Part shown: positions 51,496-60,770 of the stretch, piece after piece
Layout of the letters: each line of letters opens with the position of its first letter
How positions within the stretch are numbered: the first letter of the stretch is position 1
Assembly: GCA_036253495.1 (NCBI GenBank)
Contig: GCA_036253495.1_4125.1
DNA from: a phage
Length of the DNA: 64,000 bases
Reading direction: 5' to 3' (one strand)
Made by a program: the position numbers and the translations under genes
The notes under the pieces: generated by a model
What the model saw: only the letters and a program-made list of their open reading frames with translations
Database searches by the model: none
What the model was told of the DNA's origin: nothing

Positions 51496-51760
51496 AGTAC
51501 TTATTGCTGAAACAATGAAGATGATTTATAGTATTACTACAGCACAGAATATGCCCTATCCCATTAAGTCTTTATTGAGGACCGTGTATCTTGTGACTGT
51601 GCAGGAATACTATAAATCCAAGCACAAAAGCATTATTAGTGTTTATCGTGATTATGAAAGGATTCGTATTTTGTACTGGAACAAGAACCGAGTACGTTCT
51701 GAATGTGACCTTGCGGACTTCAAATTAGAGAATCTTTATTGTTATAAAGCGGGACAGTAG
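51476..51760 (+). CDS. family C-like paralog C8 (divergent), 94 aa
   Basis: start re-set from 51458; size and position only, weak similarity. Confidence 0.5.
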   Translation: MTNQTNEVLIAETMKMIYSITTAQNMPYPIKSLLRTVYLVTVQEYYKSKHKSIISVYRDYERIRILYWNKNRVRSECDLADFKLENLYCYKAGQ

Positions 51761-51778
51761 TATAAGTAGTGATATAAT
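51751..51778 (+). promoter_or_regulatory. promoter with extended -10
   Basis: GGGACA 51751-51756, N16, TGaTATAAT ending 51778. Confidence 0.55.
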
Positions 51779-51818
51779 TGTTGGTATGGAATAATAACTA
51801 ACACAAGGAGCGTGTAGA

Positions 51819-52547
51819 GTGATTGACCGTATCAGATTTGCCAGCGAGTTAGCAAACCAATTAAACATTGCAAATTTCCAAATGCTAACATCCGTAATGG
51901 CAGAACATGCAACTGCATATTCAGTAAGTGGTGTCCAATGCGGACAAGAGAATTTACTAGCTGATGTATACAGTGAAGTGCAAGGTAAACAATATTCAGT
52001 CAAAACATACAAGGATAAGTTTGTTAGTCTGTATATGAACGGCGATATTGAAGAAGAACGTAAGTTTACCGATTTTATTATTGAACGTCGTGTATCAGGT
52101 GTGTCAAACCCGAATGCTGCAAGTGATGTAGTATTTGATGAAGTACTGAAAGATATATACGAAAATGAAGCGAAAAGTAAGAATCATTACAATGTACGTG
52201 AAACTAACACAGTGCTCTTGGGATATGATGAAGACGAATTTTTCTATTATTTCCGTATAACTGAAGTACCTTTTGATTATAAAAAACCACATACCACATG
52301 TGCTCGTGAATTTACTGAAAAGAGTAAAAACTACAAAAAGCACGAAGGCAATCGTTGTAGTGTAAATGGTTATGATGAGAATGGTGTACACATTTATGAA
52401 TGGGTACATCCGAACTGTCAGACTTACACACGTTGCCTTAAAAAGAGATATAATTTAGAAGAACATGAGTCTTTCTACTTCAAAGTTAAGAAGCAAGATT
52501 ATAACAGACCAGACGATTCTGAATTACTTGGTATGATTTACTTCTAA
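51819..52547 (+). CDS. hypothetical protein, 242 aa (GTG start)
   Basis: SD AAGGAG 9 nt upstream of GTG 51819. Confidence 0.7.
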   Translation: MIDRIRFASELANQLNIANFQMLTSVMAEHATAYSVSGVQCGQENLLADVYSEVQGKQYSVKTYKDKFVSLYMNGDIEEERKFTDFIIERRVSGVSNPNAASDVVFDEVLKDIYENEAKSKNHYNVRETNTVLLGYDEDEFFYYFRITEVPFDYKKPHTTCAREFTEKSKNYKKHEGNRCSVNGYDENGVHIYEWVHPNCQTYTRCLKKRYNLEEHESFYFKVKKQDYNRPDDSELLGMIYF

Positions 52548-52555
52548 GGTAAGTT

Positions 52556-52834
52556 ATGAATTTACAAAGAGATGTGTGGACATATGAATATCTTTTAGAA
52601 CTTTATGGTGATATGTATATTAAAAATAAACCATACATAGACGATATAAGGGCTATGATAGATGATTTTTCTTCTGAGTTTATTCCACTTTATACTAATA
52701 AAGAAGTTACACATAAATCAATGAATAAATCAGGTATCATTGATGAAATTGATTTTGATACACATGGTGTGTATTTTTATATTATTTTCTCCAATGATAC
52801 TGTTGGTATATACACGTATAAAGAATTAAAATAA
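52556..52834 (+). CDS. family C-like paralog C9, 92 aa
   Basis: helical N-half, beta-like C-half GIIDEIDFDTHGVYFYIIF. Confidence 0.55.
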   Translation: MNLQRDVWTYEYLLELYGDMYIKNKPYIDDIRAMIDDFSSEFIPLYTNKEVTHKSMNKSGIIDEIDFDTHGVYFYIIFSNDTVGIYTYKELK

Positions 52835-52839
52835 GTACA

Positions 52840-52866
52840 GGCCAGCATGGATTGCTGGTCTTTTTT
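52840..52866 (+). terminator. rho-independent terminator
   Basis: GGCCAGCA/TGCTGGTC stem followed by T6. Confidence 0.8.
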
Positions 52867-52877
52867 GTAGGTACATT

Positions 52878-53177
52878 ATGGACAAAATACAATTAGTTAG
52901 TAGTACTATAACAATGCTTGCTGATGTTGCCAGATGGAGCAGTGGTGGTTCCGTTAGTACTATGCTCGGTATACTCACGCAATACACCTATACATGCAAT
53001 GGAATGTTATATGGTAAGGAGGTTGAAATTGATGATCCCTATGGAATTCCCATATCATATGACCGAGGTGTAATAAAAAGGGTTACTCTGAGACTAACAT
53101 ATCATCCATATTTTGTAGTAGAACTTCCAGATGGAAAATTAAGAGAATATGTTGCTAAAAGGTTAAAACTAAAATGA
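52878..53177 (+). CDS. family C-like paralog C10, 99 aa
   Basis: MLYGKEVEIDDPYGIPISYDRGVIKRV. Confidence 0.55.
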   Translation: MDKIQLVSSTITMLADVARWSSGGSVSTMLGILTQYTYTCNGMLYGKEVEIDDPYGIPISYDRGVIKRVTLRLTYHPYFVVELPDGKLREYVAKRLKLK

Positions 53178-53752
53178 ATATTGTAGAATTAAGTACTAAG
53201 CTGATTACTATGCGTAACGAGTGGTACAATTGGTATTATAACGGTACTGACATGGATTTTTCAAAATATCCATTTATGGAATCAGGATGTGATTCAAGAT
53301 ACCGCTGGTTGAGTAAAGATGATTCTGGTTTACATATTCGAGTTGATGATAGTGGTCAGGGAATTATAAAAGATTTACTTCAAGTTGAAGAACTCGTCCA
53401 TGATGAGTGGTGTGATAATGATCCATACCTAGGAAATATAATTTATGTAACTGAAGATGATTGTATATTCGTCATTCAGCGTCATGGTGATTCTATGTTT
53501 TATATAGCAGACAGCAGTACACCTGAAGGTGCAGCATCAGATGGTCTTATTCCTAAGATTAATATATTAGATTTTGGCTTACCTGAGCACTTCCAGATGA
53601 GTACTCTATTCGATATTCCACCGTTTGAGTTCTTTGACGAATTTAAATTGTACTACAGTGATCTTCAGAAATTGAGTACAGAGAGTCGTATTGAAATAAC
53701 TGTCAGGTACATGGACGGGGCAAAATTAACCGACACGGGGATAGAATTTTGA
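53174..53752 (+). CDS. family B paralog B51, 192 aa (outlying copy)
   Basis: motif LPEHFQMSTLFD; ATGA overlap. Confidence 0.7.
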   Translation: MNIVELSTKLITMRNEWYNWYYNGTDMDFSKYPFMESGCDSRYRWLSKDDSGLHIRVDDSGQGIIKDLLQVEELVHDEWCDNDPYLGNIIYVTEDDCIFVIQRHGDSMFYIADSSTPEGAASDGLIPKINILDFGLPEHFQMSTLFDIPPFEFFDEFKLYYSDLQKLSTESRIEITVRYMDGAKLTDTGIEF

Positions 53753-54438
53753 TTAAAGATTTAGATAGAATTTTATATGTACTAAGGGGTGTAATTACTT
53801 TACAACCACAGATTAACCGCATGGAGAGAGCCTTTGAATTAAAATCAAGAGAAACTCCATATTCACATATATCAAATGTAGTTGGCTCATTCTGCTCTGA
53901 AGACTCTGCATATGATATATATGTGTGTGAAGTACAGCCCAGTAATGATCTTGGTTTTGCAATCTTCGATAAAAATCAAGTACTGGTCAGTATGTTTCAG
54001 TGCAATAATCCTTTCTGGAAAACATGCCTGTACCCTGATTGGGCTATGCTTGACCCTACGAAGAGTAAGATTAAAGTATATGACTCTAAGAATGAAGAAG
54101 TTGTTATTGATTTGGATGAATCAATGACAGAGGAAGAACACTTCCAGCTTATGATGATGCGTGCGATGCCAGACTATGAAGCAATGATTAACACAGTACA
54201 ATACATTAAGGATACGATGAGATCATTGTGTAATCATGAGTTTTGTCATCCAGTATCTTATGAACATTTGGATTTAGATTTCAGTACTATCAAGTTTAAA
54301 GATAGTGTTATTGAATATATCCAAGAGAACACTAAATTTGATTTTATTAGTACAATGACAAATAATCCAAATACTAATTTCAGGCATCAGTACAATGAAT
54401 CTTTGTCTAATGGTCGAGATACCAGTTGGTGGAAATAA
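53749..54438 (+). CDS. family B paralog B52, 229 aa (outlying copy)
   Basis: motif EEEHFQLMMMRA; TTG start in TTGA overlap. Confidence 0.65.
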   Translation: MIKDLDRILYVLRGVITLQPQINRMERAFELKSRETPYSHISNVVGSFCSEDSAYDIYVCEVQPSNDLGFAIFDKNQVLVSMFQCNNPFWKTCLYPDWAMLDPTKSKIKVYDSKNEEVVIDLDESMTEEEHFQLMMMRAMPDYEAMINTVQYIKDTMRSLCNHEFCHPVSYEHLDLDFSTIKFKDSVIEYIQENTKFDFISTMTNNPNTNFRHQYNESLSNGRDTSWWK

Positions 54439-54439
54439 T

Positions 54440-54703
54440 ATGAATATCCAAGATAGATTGCAATTGTTGCACACACTTGAAGAAGCTGCTTTTGAACTTG
54501 TTAATAAAATTGCACAAGAACTCCCAAAAGGAACCAACATTCGTGTTCGTGAAATGGATTATTTAACGGGAGAAATTGAAGAAAAAGTTCTAACAGTGAT
54601 CAAAGTAACATACTATGAATCAGAGTTATCAATTCAATGTAAGTCAGATAATGGTTACGTTTCCTACTATGGCACAGATGTAGATATAGAGGTAATTAGA
54701 TGA
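54440..54703 (+). CDS. family C-like paralog C11, 87 aa
   Basis: start re-set from 54395; KGTNIRVREMDYLTGEIEEKVLTVIKV. Confidence 0.55.
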   Translation: MNIQDRLQLLHTLEEAAFELVNKIAQELPKGTNIRVREMDYLTGEIEEKVLTVIKVTYYESELSIQCKSDNGYVSYYGTDVDIEVIR

Positions 54704-55845
54704 GTAATTTACGAGAAATATACAATGATTTAATGGAACTATGTGAATCTAATGATGCATTTTTCTATATAGATCACACAAGCCCTGGTGGTGGTTTATA
54801 CCGTGTATTCACCTATCGTCTGGCATCTTATACCGATTTCACAAATAAAAATGCACTAGAAACTCGTGGTTCTATGTGGGAAATTGATTCCAACGGAATT
54901 ATGATTCGTTGTGCAGCACGTACAATGAAAAAGTTCTTCAATGCATATGAAAACCCGTACACAATGTTCAGTACTGATACTACCTGTGATGATATTGCGG
55001 TTGTAATGCCTAAGCTAGATGGATCTATCATCAGCACATTCCGTGATAATGATGGTGAAATCCGTTGCAAATCACACACTTCGTTATCTTCTGACCATGC
55101 TATTAACAGTACTCGACTTTTGAACGAGAACCAAAATCTCTATCAATACATTGATGAAGCAGACCGTTTGGGCTATACTGTGAATCTGGAATACACAAGC
55201 CCAGAGTATCGAATTGTGTTACCATATCAGGTGGAACAGTTATTTGTTCTTAACGTTCGTCATCGTATTAGTGGTGAGTTGTTATGCGGTAAAGCACTAC
55301 GTGATAAGTTTCCATGCCTTTCACAGTACAGTACTAATATGACAGGTAATGACATTCATCATACATTCCCGATTATGCCTACATTTAAAGAGTCAATCGA
55401 TAAAGTACGTTCTATGATTGACATTGAAGGTTTTGTGTGTATAATGAAAGATGGTACAATGTGCAAAATCAAAACTGACTGGTATTGCTCTTTGCATTTA
55501 ACAAAAGATTCCATTCTTATTGATTCCCATTTATATGAAGCTGTACTGACTGGTGCAAGTGATGACTTAAAACAATTGTTCAGTACTGATACATATGCTA
55601 TGGATAAGATATTAAGAATGGAACAATTGGTATTTTCGTGCTATAATGCTTTACAAGATGAGGTAGAAAGCTTCGTCCATGCATACAAGCACTTAGAGCG
55701 AAAGGAATTCGCACAAAAGGTTCAGCAAGATTTACCGAATGTATTGAACCGACAAGGCTTGGCCTTTGCGTTGTACAATGGCAAAAGTGTCGATTATAAA
55801 GAGACTTTACTAAAGTACTACAAAGATGTACTAAAGGATTTTTAG
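54700..55845 (+). CDS. rnlA: RNA ligase 1 (T4 RnlA type)
   Basis: collinear by eye with T4 Rnl1: LMELCES..FFY, YR(V/I)F(T/S)Y..ASY.D, nucleotidyl-Lys motif PKLDGS, EGFV..MKDG...KIK.DWY..LH. Confidence 0.9.
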   Translation: MSNLREIYNDLMELCESNDAFFYIDHTSPGGGLYRVFTYRLASYTDFTNKNALETRGSMWEIDSNGIMIRCAARTMKKFFNAYENPYTMFSTDTTCDDIAVVMPKLDGSIISTFRDNDGEIRCKSHTSLSSDHAINSTRLLNENQNLYQYIDEADRLGYTVNLEYTSPEYRIVLPYQVEQLFVLNVRHRISGELLCGKALRDKFPCLSQYSTNMTGNDIHHTFPIMPTFKESIDKVRSMIDIEGFVCIMKDGTMCKIKTDWYCSLHLTKDSILIDSHLYEAVLTGASDDLKQLFSTDTYAMDKILRMEQLVFSCYNALQDEVESFVHAYKHLERKEFAQKVQQDLPNVLNRQGLAFALYNGKSVDYKETLLKYYKDVLKDF

Positions 55846-55874
55846 TACTAACTAGCCCAGCACAAGGAGAAGTG

Positions 55875-56129
55875 ATGGCTAAACCTAAGTATAAAAATGA
55901 TGGTTCCCTTTCTCCTACTGAGTTCAGGAAAATACAACAAGAAATCGATGATTTACAGCACAAACGCTCAATGAAAGGTGTGAAGATTAGTAAGAAGCGA
56001 ATCGAGAATACTTTTGGGTGTAGTAGTACTGAATATAAGAAGAAAAGGAAACCAAAGGATGTTAAGCCGAGAATACATGATGTAACTCGCTATACATCAA
56101 AACGTGAAAATAAATTCGATCCACTATAA
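55875..56129 (+). CDS. basic hypothetical protein, 84 aa
   Basis: SD AAGGAG; ATG 55875 (track GTG 55872); Lys/Arg-rich. Confidence 0.6.
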   Translation: MAKPKYKNDGSLSPTEFRKIQQEIDDLQHKRSMKGVKISKKRIENTFGCSSTEYKKKRKPKDVKPRIHDVTRYTSKRENKFDPL

Positions 56130-56138
56130 GGAGTTCAT

Positions 56139-56375
56139 ATGAAAGTTGAAGTTCAGCATAGTATTGTTCAGGATATGTCAGTGGTTAAGTTTCTTTCTCT
56201 GAAAGATTACTTCAGATGTATCAAGTTCCTTGAAGAATCTCAATTACAGTGGACCCCCTTAAAGTACAGTTCATCCAATGACACTGCTAGTATTCGTTGT
56301 GATGAAGCTGTACTTGTAAAAATCTCCAAGCGATTTGGAGTTGGGAAATACAATGAAAAACAATCATTCAAGTGA
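56139..56375 (+). CDS. hypothetical protein, 78 aa
   Basis: track ORF; SD AAGGAG. Confidence 0.65.
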   Translation: MKVEVQHSIVQDMSVVKFLSLKDYFRCIKFLEESQLQWTPLKYSSSNDTASIRCDEAVLVKISKRFGVGKYNEKQSFK

Positions 56376-56607
56376 TTTGTTATATTATAAAGTACTATCA
56401 GAATGTTTGACAGATGTATTGTACCGTGAGAGTAATACTCTACGTGCAAAATATATTAACAAAAGAGTACGTTATAAATCATCTTATGATGGGATGAATG
56501 TTTATGGTAAAATCACTAATGTATATGTAGATGATGATTTTACATTGAATATCACTGTCGATAATTGTATTGGTATCTCAATTGATGATATTATTGAGGT
56601 AATCTAA
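56353..56607 (+). CDS. family C paralog C12, 84 aa
   Basis: start re-set from 56335; KYINKRVRYKSSYDGMNVYGKITNVYV. Confidence 0.6.
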   Translation: MKNNHSSDLLYYKVLSECLTDVLYRESNTLRAKYINKRVRYKSSYDGMNVYGKITNVYVDDDFTLNITVDNCIGISIDDIIEVI

Positions 56608-56918
56608 TGAATAAAGCATTAAAAGAACTTCATAATTTAATGAATGCAGAAATTGAATTAACTAATACTATTTCTGAAATTGTTCATGATATGATTACAC
56701 AATACAAGAAATCACTCATTGGTAAGAAAGTTGAATGCTGGGATTACAACACTAAAACATGGTTCGAAACTATCATTAGTGATGTTAATGTTAAATTTCA
56801 TGTAGTTACTCATCACATTTCTGACGAGTGCTATGTAGAAGTAACTATAGGACACAACACGCGACATGAACGTTTTTCGTGGTACAATCTAAAGAATGTG
56901 AAATTTATTGAGGATTAA
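56607..56918 (+). CDS. family C paralog C13, 103 aa
   Basis: SLIGKKVECWDYNTKTWFETIISDV. Confidence 0.65.
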   Translation: MNKALKELHNLMNAEIELTNTISEIVHDMITQYKKSLIGKKVECWDYNTKTWFETIISDVNVKFHVVTHHISDECYVEVTIGHNTRHERFSWYNLKNVKFIED

Positions 56919-57851
56919 ATGCCAACTATTACACTAACAGTTGGATTGCCAGGATGTGGTAAAACCACGTGGGCAGTGCAAGAAATTAAAAAAGCAAAGT
57001 CCAAGACTATCAACATCAACCGTGATGATATTCGAGAGTCTATGGCTGGGTCACATGATGCTTATAAATTCACTGATGCGAACGAGAAGTACGTAACTAA
57101 TCAACAGTTCAGTGCAGCAAACGCCGCAGCAGCGAATGGATGGAACATTATTGTGTCCGATACGAACCTGAAACAAGGTTTTCGTGATGAATGGAAACGT
57201 TGGGCTAAAGATAATGGCTACGACTACAAAGAAAAGAACTTCTACGAAGATTTTGTACCGAATGAAGACCGTGGTGCAGATGTTCATGAATTCTTTAAGA
57301 TTAAGGAATTCGTGAAGCTCTGTAAGAAACGCAACCTTCTTCGTGAGCGTTCAGTACAAGATGAAATCATTGACACTATGGCAGATACGTACTATTATAG
57401 TAAGGCGATGCACATTGGTTACTATGGTAATGCACGTGAAGCTGCTATCATTGTTGATATCGACGGTACTCTTGCTCATAAGTGGGGACGTAACCCGTTT
57501 GATGAAAGTACTGTCCTTCAGGATACACCAGATGAAGAAGTAATTCTGTCTGTCATTGCTGAGGCTGTTTTCCATAAGCGTAAGGTAATCGTCATGAGTG
57601 GGCGTACTGAAGGGTGTCGTGCTGATACTGAACAGTGGCTTAAGAATTGGGGCATTCCCTACGATGTATTGTTAATGCGAGCTATCGATGATAAACGTCC
57701 TGATGATGTTGTCAAATTCGAGTTGTATATGAATAACGTTGTTAATCATTACGATGTTAAGAAAGTATTTGATGACAGGGCCGCCGTTGTATTCATGTGG
57801 CGTAAGCTACTAGGCTTGAAAGTATTTCAGGTGGAACCTGGACTATTTTGA
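56919..57851 (+). CDS. pseT: polynucleotide 5'-kinase / 3'-phosphatase (T4 PseT type)
   Basis: P-loop GLPGCGKTT, NINRDD, SDTNL, HAD phosphatase motif VDIDGTLA, MSGR, DDR..VV.MWR as in T4 Pnk. Confidence 0.93.
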   Translation: MPTITLTVGLPGCGKTTWAVQEIKKAKSKTININRDDIRESMAGSHDAYKFTDANEKYVTNQQFSAANAAAANGWNIIVSDTNLKQGFRDEWKRWAKDNGYDYKEKNFYEDFVPNEDRGADVHEFFKIKEFVKLCKKRNLLRERSVQDEIIDTMADTYYYSKAMHIGYYGNAREAAIIVDIDGTLAHKWGRNPFDESTVLQDTPDEEVILSVIAEAVFHKRKVIVMSGRTEGCRADTEQWLKNWGIPYDVLLMRAIDDKRPDDVVKFELYMNNVVNHYDVKKVFDDRAAVVFMWRKLLGLKVFQVEPGLF

Positions 57852-57860
57852 TTATTACAA

Positions 57861-57884
57861 AGGGATCAGTACTGATCCCTTTTC
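57861..57884 (+). terminator. rho-independent terminator (perfect 20-bp palindrome with AGTACT centre)
   Basis: AGGGATCAGT/ACTGATCCCT followed by TTTTCTTTT. Confidence 0.8.
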
Positions 57885-57903
57885 TTTTAATTTAGGTGAT
57901 ATA

Positions 57904-58164
57904 ATGGATAATAGTTATGATGTACATTTCAAACAATGCCAGTTGGTTTTACACTCCCTAATGGAAGAGTTGCGAATCAAGTACATAGGCAAAATTGCTA
58001 CATGTTTATCAACTGGAAGACGTGGGCAAATTGTAGAGATTTATTATTCTCCACTTAGTGATGAAATTAAAATAAAAGCTAAAATATTCCTAACTGGATC
58101 TAACAATTTCTTGGGTGAACATATGGTAAAAATTATCTCTGAATTATCGATAACGGATGAATAA
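57904..58164 (+). CDS. family C paralog C14, 86 aa
   Basis: KYIGKIATCLSTGRRGQIVEIY; SD AGGTGAT. Confidence 0.7.
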   Translation: MDNSYDVHFKQCQLVLHSLMEELRIKYIGKIATCLSTGRRGQIVEIYYSPLSDEIKIKAKIFLTGSNNFLGEHMVKIISELSITDE

Positions 58165-58166
58165 AC

Positions 58167-58433
58167 ATGGATATTAATAAAGATTTTAGATTTATCAATT
58201 CGCATATACAAGTACTGAAAACATTAGTAAAACAAGTATCAGAAAAATACACAGGAACTTATGTTAGATGTGCTTTTGATGCAAATGACTGGCAACGAAT
58301 TATAAAAATAGATTCAGTTTATCTTGATACAAATAATAGTATTACAGTTTCAGGTATTGATATGTATGGTCATCGATATCAATTTACTACAAGAGCCACA
58401 ATAACTACAGTGGATGGATATGAATACGAATGA
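58167..58433 (+). CDS. family C paralog C15, 88 aa
   Basis: KYTGTYVRCAFDANDWQRIIKIDSV. Confidence 0.65.
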   Translation: MDINKDFRFINSHIQVLKTLVKQVSEKYTGTYVRCAFDANDWQRIIKIDSVYLDTNNSITVSGIDMYGHRYQFTTRATITTVDGYEYE

Positions 58434-58719
58434 ATTCCAAGCATTATTGAAAACATTATATCTTCTTAAAGAAGAATCTCTTGCAATGTATAATGAAAAA
58501 CAATACAAGTTTGAAGAACAACTCATTCATTTTCATGATGAATATCTTGACTTTTTGAATAAAAAATACTCAAATGTTCAGTGCAAATATCGAGGTAGTG
58601 ATGTTATTATTACCGAAATCGAATCCAGTACTTACGGATATCCATACCTTTGTTGCAAATATATCCCAAGTAATATAACATTTCGCTCAAGAATGTATTC
58701 GAGGTTTATTTTTTCATGA
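58414..58719 (+). CDS. family C paralog C16, 101 aa
   Basis: KYSNVQCKYRGSDVIITEIESS. Confidence 0.6.
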   Translation: MDMNTNEFQALLKTLYLLKEESLAMYNEKQYKFEEQLIHFHDEYLDFLNKKYSNVQCKYRGSDVIITEIESSTYGYPYLCCKYIPSNITFRSRMYSRFIFS

Positions 58720-58997
58720 ATAATGATTCATTGAAGTTTTTTTATTATCATTATCGTATTTTACGTAGTTTATATTTTTCAGAATCCGATGAAAGATTAC
58801 TAACATCATTATCAGTACTGATGGATAATTACGAGAACGAATTATCAAAAGTGGTTTTTGGTGTCAATGTTCTAGATGATACCGATTTAACATGGACAAT
58901 TATTGAAGTGGCGACCTGGAATGGTAATATTTTGTACAGGTGCGAACGAGCAGGTTTTTTATGGGATGCAACATATGACGAGATTAGAATTGTATGA
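58716..58997 (+). CDS. family C paralog C17, 93 aa
   Basis: VVFGVNVLDDTDLTWTIIEV; ATGA overlap. Confidence 0.6.
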   Translation: MNNDSLKFFYYHYRILRSLYFSESDERLLTSLSVLMDNYENELSKVVFGVNVLDDTDLTWTIIEVATWNGNILYRCERAGFLWDATYDEIRIV

Positions 58998-59274
58998 CAG
59001 GCAAGTGAAATTGATAAGAGATACTCGTCGTTTCTTTCATACTCAATTAGTAGACCCATGTTATGATATTTCCGATTTCCTTGAAACCTATCTCCTTGAT
59101 CTAACTACACCACTGCTTAAAAAATACGTAGGAACAAAAGCTATATATCTTGGAAGAGAAGTTGAAATTACCAACATATCATATTCTTATGGGGCATACA
59201 TGTATACGGCAAAATCTGATAATGGACAAAGATATTATGCAATACGATCAAGAGAACTTACTATTATTGGATAG
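58975..59274 (+). CDS. family C paralog C18, 99 aa
   Basis: start re-set from 58903; KYVGTKAIYLGREVEITNISY. Confidence 0.6.
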   Translation: MTRLELYDRQVKLIRDTRRFFHTQLVDPCYDISDFLETYLLDLTTPLLKKYVGTKAIYLGREVEITNISYSYGAYMYTAKSDNGQRYYAIRSRELTIIG

Positions 59275-59566
59275 GCATCTTGCTATTCTTATCGACCTTG
59301 TGATGGAAAGTGATGTAAAAATTTTTGAAAGTAGATTTCTTGAGGATTATAAAACTGAATTGCAAGAACTGTACAAAGGTAAAAAAGTATTACTTAGTAC
59401 TGGTGACTATGGTAAAATTGAGTACGTGTATTATGAATGGAAAAAGGTTATATATTTTATAAAAACCAAAATAAAATACCAAAATAAAACAAGAACCTAT
59501 AAAGCATATTACGATTCAAATGAGATAGAGATTATATATGACCAACACGTTAATAACAAAAAGTGA
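59237..59566 (+). CDS. family C paralog C19 (start uncertain)
   Basis: LYKGKKVLLSTGDYGKIEYVYY; ATG 59237 or TTG 59266 (track 59150). Confidence 0.55.
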   Translation: MQYDQENLLLLDRHLAILIDLVMESDVKIFESRFLEDYKTELQELYKGKKVLLSTGDYGKIEYVYYEWKKVIYFIKTKIKYQNKTRTYKAYYDSNEIEIIYDQHVNNKK

Positions 59567-59861
59567 ATTAGATTATTTGAATTATATAAACAGATACTTT
59601 CTGATTCTATATAATATACTTCTTGAAGAACAATGCACTAAATCAAACCATCAGTTATATAACTATATTAACTGTATAATTAGTGAAATATATGAATCAT
59701 TGGAAAAGAGATTTAAGTACAGAACTATTAAGTGCGAAGATGATATTGTATATATTCATGGTGTTTTTGGTACAGGATATGGAATATTCGTTGATTATAA
59801 AATACACCCATTTGATCCGTACATAGAAAATAGTATGTACATAGAAGAGATTGAACTATGA
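59538..59861 (+). CDS. family C paralog C20, 107 aa
   Basis: RTIKCEDDIVYIHGVFGTGYGIFVDY. Confidence 0.6.
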   Translation: MTNTLITKSELDYLNYINRYFLILYNILLEEQCTKSNHQLYNYINCIISEIYESLEKRFKYRTIKCEDDIVYIHGVFGTGYGIFVDYKIHPFDPYIENSMYIEEIEL

Positions 59862-60175
59862 CACAAGAAGAATATAATAAATTAATAATGTACGAGAATC
59901 ATTTTAATTATTGTCTGAAATGGTTATTGTACATTGATAACGTTGAGATGGATATGTACAGAAAAGAGGTGAATAAACGTGTTAAAGATTTCTATTACGA
60001 ATTGACTGATCTTTTTTATAATAATGTAGTATATGAAGCAAATACCAGTCGTGATTATGACCTTTATATCAAGCAAATATGGGGTACTGACTACGGTCTG
60101 ATGATTGATTGCAGTACTGATGTTAATACAGACAGACCCAGTACTACATTGTATCTGGATGAGATTTTCATATGA
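59858..60175 (+). CDS. family C paralog C21, 105 aa
   Basis: DLYIKQIWGTDYGLMIDC (cf. C20); ATGA overlap. Confidence 0.6.
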   Translation: MTQEEYNKLIMYENHFNYCLKWLLYIDNVEMDMYRKEVNKRVKDFYYELTDLFYNNVVYEANTSRDYDLYIKQIWGTDYGLMIDCSTDVNTDRPSTTLYLDEIFI

Positions 60176-60474
60176 ATGAACTATTACTTTGTCATAAAAC
60201 ATACATTATGCTATTCAGAACGTGCCATGATATGCGAATTGAGGGGATACTAGACTACCCAACTATGATGATTAACTTCAGGGTGTTAATGGATTCATAT
60301 TCACAATCTGTTATTGATGCATTTGAAGGTAGAGAAATAAAGTTCAAAAATGCCAGGACAAATAATGAGCTATGTGATACAATTAAATCAGTGGGGATTT
60401 CGGTTCCAAATGTGTACGTAATCCCATTGATGTACGGAAAAGTAGTATCCACTAACGAAATTATTAGTATATGA
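60172..60474 (+). CDS. family C-like paralog C22, 100 aa
   Basis: FEGREIKFKNARTNN; ATGA overlap. Confidence 0.55.
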   Translation: MNELLLCHKTYIMLFRTCHDMRIEGILDYPTMMINFRVLMDSYSQSVIDAFEGREIKFKNARTNNELCDTIKSVGISVPNVYVIPLMYGKVVSTNEIISI

Positions 60475-60770
60475 TTAAAACATTATATGAAGCAGAAGAA
60501 ACATATAAACTTCTGTGGGAAACTTTTATTTTTGACAAATACTATAATAGAACTGAATGGTTAGAGGTAAGTAAAATATATCTTCAAATTTTAAATGATT
60601 ATTTTTGTCCGTTCGTTGCTGAATGTAAAAATAATCCAATTGAAGAAATTAATATAATCGAAATAGTAGATGGGTTTGGTGCGTGGTTGATATACCAAGA
60701 CAACTATCACTTTTCTAATTATATCGAAGATATCGGTAAAATAATTGTAATTAAAGGAGTCATACTATGA
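60471..60770 (+). CDS. family C-like paralog C23, 99 aa
   Basis: size, position, helical N-half; ATGA overlap. Confidence 0.55.
   Translation: MIKTLYEAEETYKLLWETFIFDKYYNRTEWLEVSKIYLQILNDYFCPFVAECKNNPIEEINIIEIVDGFGAWLIYQDNYHFSNYIEDIGKIIVIKGVIL

Noticed and set aside
57895-57906. GGTGATATAAT read as an extended -10 promoter for gene 57904
   Set aside because: The TATAAT overlaps the ATG itself, so transcripts would start inside the gene. AGGTGAT 4 nt before the ATG is better explained as the Shine-Dalgarno sequence.
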